A stretch of 64,000 bases of DNA from NCBI RefSeq assembly GCF_028692895.1, contig NZ_JAQUWN010000004.1:23660-87659 (forward strand), given 5' to 3'. This DNA is from Pseudodesulfovibrio sp. (GTDB lineage: Bacteria > Desulfobacterota > Desulfovibrionia > Desulfovibrionales > Desulfovibrionaceae). Positions 41,626 to 49,818 of this stretch are shown piece after piece. Positions within the stretch are counted from its first letter, which is position 1. The number at the start of each line of letters is the position of its first letter. Under the pieces are notes generated by a model. That model did no database searches. It saw only the letters and a program-made list of their open reading frames with translations, and had not been told where the DNA came from. A program made the position numbers and the translations under genes.

Positions 41626-43743
41626 TTAGAGGAGTTCCAGATAATCTCCGACAATGGTCTTGATGCCGAAGCCGGGGAAATTGACCTTGAACTTGTTGGG
41701 TTCGGGCTGGGCGATGATCTTGCCCTTGCCGAAAATCTTGTGCCTGCAAAAGCCGAGCTTGGACGGATCGCCCACCGGCGCGGCGGACCCTGCCGAGGGA
41801 GCTGAATCCGGCGCATGGACGCGCAGGGGCGTGACGGGGCGCAGGCCGCCGCCGTAGGACTCGTTCTTGCGCTCGTAGACCCCGGCGGGCAGCTCCTGGA
41901 CAAAGGGGCTGGGCAGGGTGGGGTCGGACAGGCCGCTGGCCCGGTTGTAGACCGAGGCGGGCACGAAGAGCTTGAGGCACTCCCTGGCCCTGGTGCAGGC
42001 CACGTACATCAGGCGGCGCTCCTCCTCCAGGTCCTCGGCGCGCTGCATGGCCTTGCGCGAGGGGAAGCGGTCCTCCACCAGGTCGATGAGGATGACCGCG
42101 CTCCACTCCAGCCCCTTGGCCGAGTGGACCGTGGACAGGACCACGGCGTTCTCCTTGCGCTGCTCGTCGTCCGGGTCGCCGTCCAGGCTGAGGTCGCCCA
42201 GGAACTGCTCCATGTCCGTGTATCCGGCCGCGATCTGGCCCAACTGCTCCAGCCCGGCCTGGCGCTTGGGATAGTCGTCCGGGTATCTTTCCACAAGGAT
42301 GGGCTGGTAGAAGGCCAGGATGCGTTCGATGAGGGCGGCGGGGCGCGGCGGCAGGCCGCGCAGGGCGTCCAATTCGGCGAAGAGTTCGCGGAGCTGCTCG
42401 TGCTTTTTGAACATTTTCCCCAGGTACTTGTCGTCGCGGGCGTGGACGGCCTGGTAGATTTTGGTCACGCTCTTGGGGCCCACGCCCTTGACGTGGTCCA
42501 GGGCGCGTTGCCAGGCAAGGAGGTCGTGCGGGTTCTGGACCAGGCGCAGGTAGGAGAGGACGTCCTTGATGTGCGCGGCCTCGTGGAAGCGGATGCCGCC
42601 GAACTTCTGGTAGTCGATGCCCACGCGGGTCAGGGCCACCTCCAGGGGGAAGGACTGGTAGCCCGCGCGGAAGAGCACGGCCACGTCGTGCAGCGGGTAT
42701 TTGCGCCCCAGCTCGATGATCTCGTCCACCACCAGGCGGGCCTGGGTCTGGTCGCTCAGGGGATGGACCACTTCGGGCAGCCGGTCGCTTTGCAGCTCGG
42801 AGTAGAGGGTTTTGTCGAACTTGGTGGTCGCGCCCTTCAGGATTTCATTGGTCAGGTCCAGGATGGGCTGCACGGAGCGGTAGTTGCGCTCCAGGCGGAT
42901 GACTCGCGCACCTTCAAATATCTTCGGAAATTCCAGTATGTTGGCGACGTTTGCCCCACGGAAGGCGTAGATGGACTGGGCGTCGTCGCCCACGGCCATG
43001 ACGTTGCCGCGCGTCCCGGCCAGGTGGCGGACGATGCGCGCCTGGACCAGGTTGGTGTCCTGGTATTCGTCCACCATGATGTAGCGGTAGCGGGTCTGGA
43101 GCTGGTTGCGCAGGGGTTCGTTCTTCTCCAGCAACTCGTCCAGGAGGAAGAGCAGGTCGTCGTAGTCCGCCAGGGCATGGTCCCGCTTGAACCGGGCGTA
43201 GCCCGCGGCCACGGCGTTCAGGTCCTCCAGGTAGGGGGAGAGGTGGTAGGCCTCGCGCTCCAGCACGCCCTCGATGGAGAGCTCCTTGTTGCGCGACTTG
43301 GTGATCATGTCGAGCAGGGTGCTCTTCTTGGGATAGGAGCGGTCGCCCTTGCCAAGCTCCAGTTCGTCCTTGACCTCCTTGCACACGTTCTCGCTGTCCG
43401 CCCGGTCCATCAGGGTGAAGCCGCCCGCAAACCCGATGTCGGCCGCGTTGCGGCGCAGGGTGGCGTAGGCGAAGGAGTGGAAGGTGCCGCCGCTGGTGCC
43501 GGTCAGGGGGCGGCCGAGGATGGATTCGGCGCGGGAGAGCATTTCCTGGGCGGCCTTGCGGGTGAAGGTCAGGAGCAGGATCTGGGCCGGGTCCACGCCG
43601 GTCTCCACCAGGTGGGCCAGCCGGTAGACGATGGTCCGGGTCTTGCCCGAGCCCGCGCCCGCGATGACCAGCACCGGACCTTCGGTGGCGAAGACGGCCT
43701 CCCGCTGGGCCTCGTTCAGGTCGTTCTCGAAATCGATGCTCAT
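41626..43743 (-). CDS. ATP-dependent DNA helicase, UvrD/PcrA/Rep family
   Basis: 705 aa with LNEAQREAV, AGAGSGKT, VDEYQDTN and TVHSAKGLEW motifs. Confidence 0.93.
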   Translation of the reverse strand: MSIDFENDLNEAQREAVFATEGPVLVIAGAGSGKTRTIVYRLAHLVETGVDPAQILLLTFTRKAAQEMLSRAESILGRPLTGTSGGTFHSFAYATLRRNAADIGFAGGFTLMDRADSENVCKEVKDELELGKGDRSYPKKSTLLDMITKSRNKELSIEGVLEREAYHLSPYLEDLNAVAAGYARFKRDHALADYDDLLFLLDELLEKNEPLRNQLQTRYRYIMVDEYQDTNLVQARIVRHLAGTRGNVMAVGDDAQSIYAFRGANVANILEFPKIFEGARVIRLERNYRSVQPILDLTNEILKGATTKFDKTLYSELQSDRLPEVVHPLSDQTQARLVVDEIIELGRKYPLHDVAVLFRAGYQSFPLEVALTRVGIDYQKFGGIRFHEAAHIKDVLSYLRLVQNPHDLLAWQRALDHVKGVGPKSVTKIYQAVHARDDKYLGKMFKKHEQLRELFAELDALRGLPPRPAALIERILAFYQPILVERYPDDYPKRQAGLEQLGQIAAGYTDMEQFLGDLSLDGDPDDEQRKENAVVLSTVHSAKGLEWSAVILIDLVEDRFPSRKAMQRAEDLEEERRLMYVACTRARECLKLFVPASVYNRASGLSDPTLPSPFVQELPAGVYERKNESYGGGLRPVTPLRVHAPDSAPSAGSAAPVGDPSKLGFCRHKIFGKGKIIAQPEPNKFKVNFPGFGIKTIVGDYLELL

Positions 43744-43746
43744 GGG

Positions 43747-45051
43747 CTAGTTTCCCGAAAGGTTGAAGTGGTCGAGGACGATCCGGCCGACGTCCCGCAT
43801 GCGCTCCGGCCGTGCGCCCTGGCTGTCCGCGAAGATCGCGCCCTCCACGGTGTGCGCGCCGGTCCGGCCGTGCAGGCCGAAGACCGCGTCGCGGTCGAAC
43901 TTGGCCTTGAGGTCGAAGCCGGGGCGGCCGACGCAGACCAGGTCCGGCCGCAGGCCCCCCTCCATGCCGGGATAGCATTCCTCGCCGCGCAGGACTTGTT
44001 CCATGACCCGCTCGCCGTTCCAGGTCAACCCCAGCAGCCCGTTTCTAATTTCTTCAAGGATCGGTTCAACCTCTTCCGGTTGGACGGTGCCGCGCGCGAA
44101 CCTTCCCTGGCGGTGCAGGTAGATGCGCCCCGGATCGAGTGCGAAGGCCCGGCTCGGCCCGGCGATGACCGAGGCGTCCCATTCATCGGCCGGGGTCCCG
44201 GTCAGGGACAGGTAGCCGTGCTGTCGAAGCCAGGTGTTGACGCAGACTTCGGTGGCCAGCCGGGTGAAGCCGTGGTCGGCCATGACCAGGAGGCGCTTCT
44301 CGCCGGGCAGGGCGTCGTATTTGGCCAGAAAGACGCCGATGGCCGCGTCCCAGTCCTTCAGGAAGGCCAGGCAGGCGTCGTGGCGCGGATGGCCGGGGTC
44401 GAGCACCGCGTCCATGGCGAAGTGGAAGAGCCGGTCCGTTTCGGTGAAGACGTGGACGAAGAGGTCCCAGGCGAGGTCGTCCCAGAGCAGGGAGAGGGCG
44501 GTGAGCCGGGAGTCCAGGGTGCGGCGCAGCTCGCCCAGCAGGTAGTCCAGGTCGCCGTTTCTGCGCGTGGTGTCCGCCTCCAGGCGATAGCCGGACTTGG
44601 CCAGCAGGTCGGCCAGGAAGGGCGGATAGACCGCGCGCGTCAGCTCCGGGGCCACGAACCCGGCCACGAGCATTCCGCGCAGGGGCCGGGCCGGGTAGGT
44701 GTTGGGCAGGTTGACCACGCGCGAGACCAGCCCGGCCGCGCCCAGCCGGTCGAAGACGGTCGGGCGGCGAACGTCGGCGGCGCAGGCCACGTCCAGCCGG
44801 TAGGTGGCCGGGTCCATGCGCGAGAAGCCTAGGACGCCGTGGGCCTCCGGACCCTCGCCCGTGTAGAAGGAGGTCCAGTTGACCGGCGAGAGCTCGGGCA
44901 GCTCGGCCCGTACCGTTGTCGCGCCTTGCGCCAGCCGCCCGATGTTCGGCAGGGTCGCGCCGAGCCGTCGGGCCAGGGCCAGGGGCAGTCCGTCCAGGCC
45001 GAGGACGGCCAGGCGGCGGCGGGGCGCGGCGGCGGACAGGAGCAGGCTCAT
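43747..45051 (-). CDS. alkaline phosphatase family protein (type I phosphodiesterase/nucleotide pyrophosphatase-like)
   Basis: 434 aa with LGLDG...P.NWTSFYTG and ADHGF motifs, and an AAGGATGGAAG RBS. Confidence 0.8.
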   Translation of the reverse strand: MSLLLSAAAPRRRLAVLGLDGLPLALARRLGATLPNIGRLAQGATTVRAELPELSPVNWTSFYTGEGPEAHGVLGFSRMDPATYRLDVACAADVRRPTVFDRLGAAGLVSRVVNLPNTYPARPLRGMLVAGFVAPELTRAVYPPFLADLLAKSGYRLEADTTRRNGDLDYLLGELRRTLDSRLTALSLLWDDLAWDLFVHVFTETDRLFHFAMDAVLDPGHPRHDACLAFLKDWDAAIGVFLAKYDALPGEKRLLVMADHGFTRLATEVCVNTWLRQHGYLSLTGTPADEWDASVIAGPSRAFALDPGRIYLHRQGRFARGTVQPEEVEPILEEIRNGLLGLTWNGERVMEQVLRGEECYPGMEGGLRPDLVCVGRPGFDLKAKFDRDAVFGLHGRTGAHTVEGAIFADSQGARPERMRDVGRIVLDHFNLSGN

Positions 45052-45072
45052 GCTCGGTCTTCCATCCTTTGC

Positions 45073-45954
45073 CTAGAGCAGCGTCGCATTGAACTTCTTC
45101 AGGAAGAACGACGGGTTGTAGGACATCTTGGCCTTGCGCAGACCGGGGTCGCCCAGGTCCTGCTCGCGGTTGACGTTGGTGTACATGGCCGCGTCGTTTT
45201 GCAGGAACATCTGGTTGATGGCCTGGTAGACGCCCTTGTGTCGGATGTCGCCCTTCTCGAAGTGGATGACCAGGGAGTCCTCGCACAGGGGCTCGGCCAC
45301 GGTATAGGCGATGACCTTGCCGTCCACGCGGAGGGTGGCCCCGGTCAGGCCCGCGATCTGGTCGAAGTTGTGCAGCACGCGGGTGATGGCGCGGTTCTCG
45401 GCCGTCAGGGCCTCCGAGGGGTCGTTTTCCTCGTACCATTTGTACCATTCGTCCTGCATTTCGAGCACTTCCTCAACGCACTCGGGGCGCATGGTCTCGT
45501 AGTCGTACTCGTAGGTCTTGAGGAACTGGTTGAGCAGATTCTTTTTCTTGTGGAACGGCTTGCCCTTGAGGGCGATGAGCTCCTCCACTGCGTACACGTA
45601 GTCCCAGTGATCGCGGTTCTCCTCGATGAGGATGGCGTTGCCGTAGGCGATGGACCACATGCGGGTCAGGGCCTCGGGCACCCGTATGAAGGCGCGGCTC
45701 TCCCGCATGGCCTTGCAGTCCTTCCACTCGTATCGCTCCCAGGGGCCAACCGGGGCCCAGAACACGGTCTCGGGCCTGGTCTGGCGGATGAAGCACAGCC
45801 CATTGTGGAACGCCCACTCCAGGCCGTAGTGTTCGGCCCAGCCGTAGATGTTGGCGAAGGAGAAGTCGCTGGTCATGAGCTGCGGGCAGCTATCCAGGCA
45901 TTGGTGATATTCCTGCTGCCGCTGCAGGCGGATGGGTTCGAAATCGAGCGTCAT
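45073..45954 (-). CDS. DUF2156 domain protein (MprF C-terminal synthase-like, COG4866)
   Basis: 293 aa and soluble, with SFANIYGW, KGKPFHKKKN and NREQDLGDPGLRKAKMSYNP motifs. ATGA overlap with the upstream MATE gene. Confidence 0.78.
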   Translation of the reverse strand: MTLDFEPIRLQRQQEYHQCLDSCPQLMTSDFSFANIYGWAEHYGLEWAFHNGLCFIRQTRPETVFWAPVGPWERYEWKDCKAMRESRAFIRVPEALTRMWSIAYGNAILIEENRDHWDYVYAVEELIALKGKPFHKKKNLLNQFLKTYEYDYETMRPECVEEVLEMQDEWYKWYEENDPSEALTAENRAITRVLHNFDQIAGLTGATLRVDGKVIAYTVAEPLCEDSLVIHFEKGDIRHKGVYQAINQMFLQNDAAMYTNVNREQDLGDPGLRKAKMSYNPSFFLKKFNATLL

Positions 45955-47348
45955 GCGGATACCTTGTTTGCGTTGCGGTTCTTGATCATAGCGAAACGCC
46001 GCCAGTTTTTGAAGGAGTAGTAGTAGAGCAGGGTCATGGACTGGACGATCTGGGAGCAGAACATGGCGATCCAGATGCCCTCGGCGTCCTTCATGCCGAC
46101 GTGGCCCAGGTAGTAGGCCAGGGGCAGCCGGACGCCCCAGGTGGCCCCGCCCATGATGAGCATGTTGTAGAAGGTGGCCCCGGCCCCGTTGAGGGCGCCG
46201 GCCAGGATCATGGAGGTCAGGGTGAACGGGATGGCCAGGACGTTCCACTTGAGGTAGCTCAGGGCCTGGGCGGCCACGGCCTGGTCCGTTGTCAGCAGGC
46301 TGACCCAGTAGGGGATGAACCGCCAGGCGACCACGGCGAGCAGGGACAGCGATACCAGGCCCAGCCCGAGGATGCGGAAGCCGAATTTCTTGGCCTCGTC
46401 GGCCTGGCGCGCGCCCAGGTAGTGGCCGATGAGGATGGACGCCGTCATGTTGAAGGCGAAGGCGGGCAGGAAGAGCAGGGCCTCGATGCGCAGCCCCACG
46501 GCCATGCCCGCCAGGGCGTCCACCGGGTTCCAGGGCAGGCTGGCGGTGATGGCGTAGAGAAAGAGGTAGCCCGACTGCCAGACGATCTGCATCAGCCCCG
46601 AGGGCCAGGCCACCTTGAACAGGTAGGGCAGGGCCGCCCTGGTCCAGCGCCAGGGAGCGAAGCAGGCGCGGCAGAGCAGGCCGCCCCGGTAGAGCACGAA
46701 GATGTTGAAGAGCGCGCCCGCCGTGACCGAGCCGAAGGTGGCCCAGGCCAGTCCCTTGAAGCCGATCTGCGGGAAACCCCACCAGCCCAGGCCCAGGCCG
46801 ATGTCCAGCACCGCGTTGAGCGTGGTGACCAGGATCATGGAATAGAGCGGGAACATGACCTGCTTGTTGGCGCGGAAGATGGCGTTGGTGATGGTCAGCA
46901 GGTAGTAGGGCGGCAGCACGTACAGATACACGGCCAGGAAATAGCCGGTGATGTGGCGCATGGAGTCCGGCACCTGGAGGGCCGTGACGATGAACGACTT
47001 GAAGGGCAGGCCCGCGAACATGATGACGCTGCCGAGCAGCAGGACCAGGGTGAGGCAGAGCCCCACGTATCGCCTGGCCCGCACCGCCATGCCCGCGCCG
47101 ATGGACTGGCTGATGGCGGCCACCGCGCCGTTGGCCACGGCCATGGCCAGGATGAGCAGGAAGAGCAGGGACTGGGTGATGATGCCCAGCGAGGCCTGGA
47201 CCTGCCGGTCGATGTGCCCCGCCACCCAGACGTCGGCCAGGCCGATGCAGAAATGGAAGAACATCATGATGACCTGGGGCCAGGCCAGATGCCAGATGGT
47301 GCGGTAGGGAGCCCGCGTCATGTCGGAGGAGGCGAAGTTGTCAGGCAT
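45951..47348 (-). CDS. MATE family efflux transporter
   Basis: 12-TM profile with IWHLAWPQVIMMFFHF and a duplicated MatE repeat. The start is taken at MPDNF (47348); the longer ORF runs to 47390. Confidence 0.88.
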   Translation of the reverse strand: MPDNFASSDMTRAPYRTIWHLAWPQVIMMFFHFCIGLADVWVAGHIDRQVQASLGIITQSLLFLLILAMAVANGAVAAISQSIGAGMAVRARRYVGLCLTLVLLLGSVIMFAGLPFKSFIVTALQVPDSMRHITGYFLAVYLYVLPPYYLLTITNAIFRANKQVMFPLYSMILVTTLNAVLDIGLGLGWWGFPQIGFKGLAWATFGSVTAGALFNIFVLYRGGLLCRACFAPWRWTRAALPYLFKVAWPSGLMQIVWQSGYLFLYAITASLPWNPVDALAGMAVGLRIEALLFLPAFAFNMTASILIGHYLGARQADEAKKFGFRILGLGLVSLSLLAVVAWRFIPYWVSLLTTDQAVAAQALSYLKWNVLAIPFTLTSMILAGALNGAGATFYNMLIMGGATWGVRLPLAYYLGHVGMKDAEGIWIAMFCSQIVQSMTLLYYYSFKNWRRFAMIKNRNANKVSA

Positions 47349-47567
47349 GGGATTTCTTTTTGCTGCGGCCATGAGCGGCCATCGCAACATAATAGGTCCT
47401 ATTCAACGGATGCCAAGGGGCCGGGCCGTTTTTTTGTCTTTGTCTTTTCAAATGCCGCGCTATCTCGACGCACGTTGTTCCGCCTTCCTCTCACGTCCTC
47501 GGTTTCCCCTTGTCCCCCCCCGCGATGCGAACCAAAAAGTTTTGGAAGGGAGATGGGTTGTGGGGTC

Positions 47568-47625
47568 CGGGGGGAAGGGAAGAGGGAAACCTTTTCCAAA
47601 AGGTTTCCCTCTTCCCTTCCCCCCG
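47568..47625. repeat. perfect 28-bp inverted repeat (homopurine/homopyrimidine arms, 2-nt centre)
   Basis: CGGGGGGAAGGGAAGAGGGAAACCTTTT-CC-AAAAGGTTTCCCTCTTCCCTTCCCCCCG, checked base by base. It lies 20 nt downstream of the cbiO stop. Confidence 0.9.
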
Positions 47626-47644
47626 CCCGCCGGAGGCGACGCGC

Positions 47645-48367
47645 CTAATGCTCGTGTTCGTGCGGGACGTCGCCTTCCTCGTGGACGTGGACGTGGCTGT
47701 GGGCCTTGAGCTTGCCGGGGTAGATGCGGCCGTCGCGCATGGCCAGGAGGGTGTCCGTGGTGGCGCTCAGGAAGTCCGGCTCGTGGGAGACCACCAGGCG
47801 GGCCATGTCCAGGTTGGTCAGGATTTCGACCAGCCGGTCCTTGGCCTCGGGCGAGAGGCCGGTGGTGGGCTCGTCCAGGACGAGGACCTCGGGGCGCATG
47901 GACAGGATGGTGGCCAGCGCCACCAGCTTCTTTTCGCCGCCCGAGAGGCGGTAGGGGACGCGGTCCTCGAAGCCCGAGAGGCCCACGGCGGCCAGGGCCT
48001 CGGCAGCGCGATCGCGCGCCTGGTCCGGTGGCAGGCCCTGGTTGAGGGGGCCGAAGGCCACGTCGTCGAGCACGGTGGGGCAGAAGAGCTGGTCGTCGGA
48101 GTGCTGGAACAGGAAGCCGATCTTGAGCCGGGCTTCGTCGAAGCCCTTGCCGTCGGCCATGGTCTTGCCGAAGAGGGAGACCGTGCCCCGGTCGGGCCGC
48201 AGCAGTCCCATGAGGATGTGCAGCATGGTGGTCTTGCCCGCGCCGTTGGGGCCGAAGAGGCCGACCTTCCCGCCCTCGTGCAGGTGGAAGTCGAGCCCGT
48301 CCAGGGTGGCGGCGCGGCCGGGGAAGGCGTAGGCGATGTCGTGCAGGTCGATGATGGCTCGGCTCAT
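47645..48367 (-). CDS. cbiO: energy-coupling factor (cobalt/nickel type) ABC transporter ATP-binding protein
   Basis: GPNGAGKTT Walker A, LSGGEKK signature and a His-rich C-terminal tail. ATGA overlap with cbiQ. Confidence 0.88.
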   Translation of the reverse strand: MSRAIIDLHDIAYAFPGRAATLDGLDFHLHEGGKVGLFGPNGAGKTTMLHILMGLLRPDRGTVSLFGKTMADGKGFDEARLKIGFLFQHSDDQLFCPTVLDDVAFGPLNQGLPPDQARDRAAEALAAVGLSGFEDRVPYRLSGGEKKLVALATILSMRPEVLVLDEPTTGLSPEAKDRLVEILTNLDMARLVVSHEPDFLSATTDTLLAMRDGRIYPGKLKAHSHVHVHEEGDVPHEHEH

Positions 48368-49128
48368 GAAATCCTCATTATTTCAAGGCAGATGATGGCC
48401 GCCGTGACGATCAGGGAACCGGCCAGGAAGGCGTAGTCTCCGGGCGCGGCGGCAAAGCTGGTCAGGGTGTAGAACCGGCCCTGAAAGCCACGGCAGCGCA
48501 TGGCCCCATGGACGCGCTCGGCCCGGTCCCAACTGCGCACCAGGAGCATGCCCAGCAGCCAGGCGTAGGAGCGGTAGGTGTGGCGGTCGGTCCGGGGGCG
48601 GAAGCCGCGCGCCTGCATGGCCTGGCGCATGGTCAGGTATTCCTGGTGGATGACGAAGATGTAGCGGTAGGTGAAGAGCAGGATGTGGCAGAGCTTGCCC
48701 GGCACCCCGAGCCGCTGCATGGCCGGGCCGAGGTCCTGGACAGGGATGGTCCCGAGCAAGGCCATGAGCGTCAGCAGGATGGCGTTGGACTTGACGGTGA
48801 GGAGCAGGGCGAGGTCCACGCCCTCGCGGGTGGCCGTGAAGGGCCCCAGGACCAGGAGCGGCGCGCCGTCCAGGGAGAAGGGGATGAACAGCCACAGGAA
48901 CAGGATGAACGCATTGACCGCGAGCACGCGCCCGGCCACCCGGACCGGCGAGAGCCGGGCCAGGAGCACGAGCAGGGCCCCGGCGGCCAGGGCGGCCAGG
49001 GCGGCCCGCAGGTCGTGGAGCACGGCCGCGGGCAGGGTCAGTGCGGCGGCGGCCAGCAGGCGGAACCTGGGGTCGAGCCGGTGGAGGAGGGAACGCCCCT
49101 CGGCGAAGGGTGCGGCGATGGCGGTCAA
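48364..49128 (-). CDS. cbiQ: ECF transporter T component CbiQ (probable TTG start)
   Basis: LHRLDPR near the N-terminus and a conserved ARG..R-type cytoplasmic motif. The only canonical start between the upstream HD gene stop and the conserved N-terminus is TTG 49128. Confidence 0.78.
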   Translation of the reverse strand: MTAIAAPFAEGRSLLHRLDPRFRLLAAAALTLPAAVLHDLRAALAALAAGALLVLLARLSPVRVAGRVLAVNAFILFLWLFIPFSLDGAPLLVLGPFTATREGVDLALLLTVKSNAILLTLMALLGTIPVQDLGPAMQRLGVPGKLCHILLFTYRYIFVIHQEYLTMRQAMQARGFRPRTDRHTYRSYAWLLGMLLVRSWDRAERVHGAMRCRGFQGRFYTLTSFAAAPGDYAFLAGSLIVTAAIICLEIMRIS

Positions 49129-49163
49129 TGCGGGTCCCGTTGCCTGGTGTTGTTGCGGAACGG

Positions 49164-49721
49164 CTATGCCAGCCCGACTTCCGGGGCGATCTTCGTCACG
49201 GAGTCGATGGCCAGTTGCAGGAAGTCGCCCAGCTCCAGGCCGAGCTTGTCGCACTCGCGGATGCAGTCGCGGTTGACCGACGCGGCGAAGGCTTTGTCCT
49301 TCATTTTCTTCTTGAGGCTCTTGGCCGCCATGCCCTCGATCTTGGTTGGCCGCACCAGGGCCCCGGCGTGGACCATGCCGGTGACGGTCTCGCCGCAACG
49401 CAGGGCGTAGTCGAAGTCCGTGGACGGACCCTCGGCCCCGTTCATCTCGCAGGCGTGGCGGCGGATGGCGTCCAGGGCCTCGGCGGGCAGTTGGCCCTCC
49501 AGCCATTCGGCGGAGTCCAGCCCGTGGCGGGCGACCTCGATCTTGGTGGTGGCGTAGTCCAGGTCGTGCAGCAGGCCGGTGACGCCCCACAGCTCCACGT
49601 CCTTGCCCAGCCGCTCGGCCAGGCCGCGCAGGACCGCCTCGGACTCCAGGGCGTGGTGGATCAGGTTGGCTTCGGTGTTCTTGGATTTGAGCAGCGCCAG
49701 GGCTTCTTCACGGGTCAGCAC
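49164..49721 (-). CDS. HD/HDIG domain-containing metal-dependent phosphohydrolase
   Basis: 185 aa, HH...GLLHDLDY HD motif. Confidence 0.8.
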   Translation of the reverse strand: MLTREEALALLKSKNTEANLIHHALESEAVLRGLAERLGKDVELWGVTGLLHDLDYATTKIEVARHGLDSAEWLEGQLPAEALDAIRRHACEMNGAEGPSTDFDYALRCGETVTGMVHAGALVRPTKIEGMAAKSLKKKMKDKAFAASVNRDCIRECDKLGLELGDFLQLAIDSVTKIAPEVGLA

Positions 49722-49818
49722 GATATCCTCCGAATCTTAAAGTGAAACTTTATGTTTTTGTGTTAACTTGTTTGAATATCGAATTAAAAACATCATCATA
49801 TCAAGTCGGTTCGAGCGG

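Noticed and set aside
41815-44832. 1005-aa ORF on the plus strand
   Set aside because: It is antisense to the UvrD-type helicase and the alkaline-phosphatase-family gene. Its composition (G/A/V/D/L/Q repeats) is non-protein-like.
47399-47599. 66-aa minus-strand ORF and other small ORFs spanning the palindrome region
   Set aside because: They have no RBS and low-complexity translations, and the ORFs are created by the repeat itself.
49722-49818. Possible cobalamin riboswitch upstream of the HD-cbiQ-cbiO genes
   Set aside because: The spacer is only 97 nt, AT-rich and unstructured by eye, with no B12-box-like GCCACTG core. That is too short for a cobalamin riboswitch.
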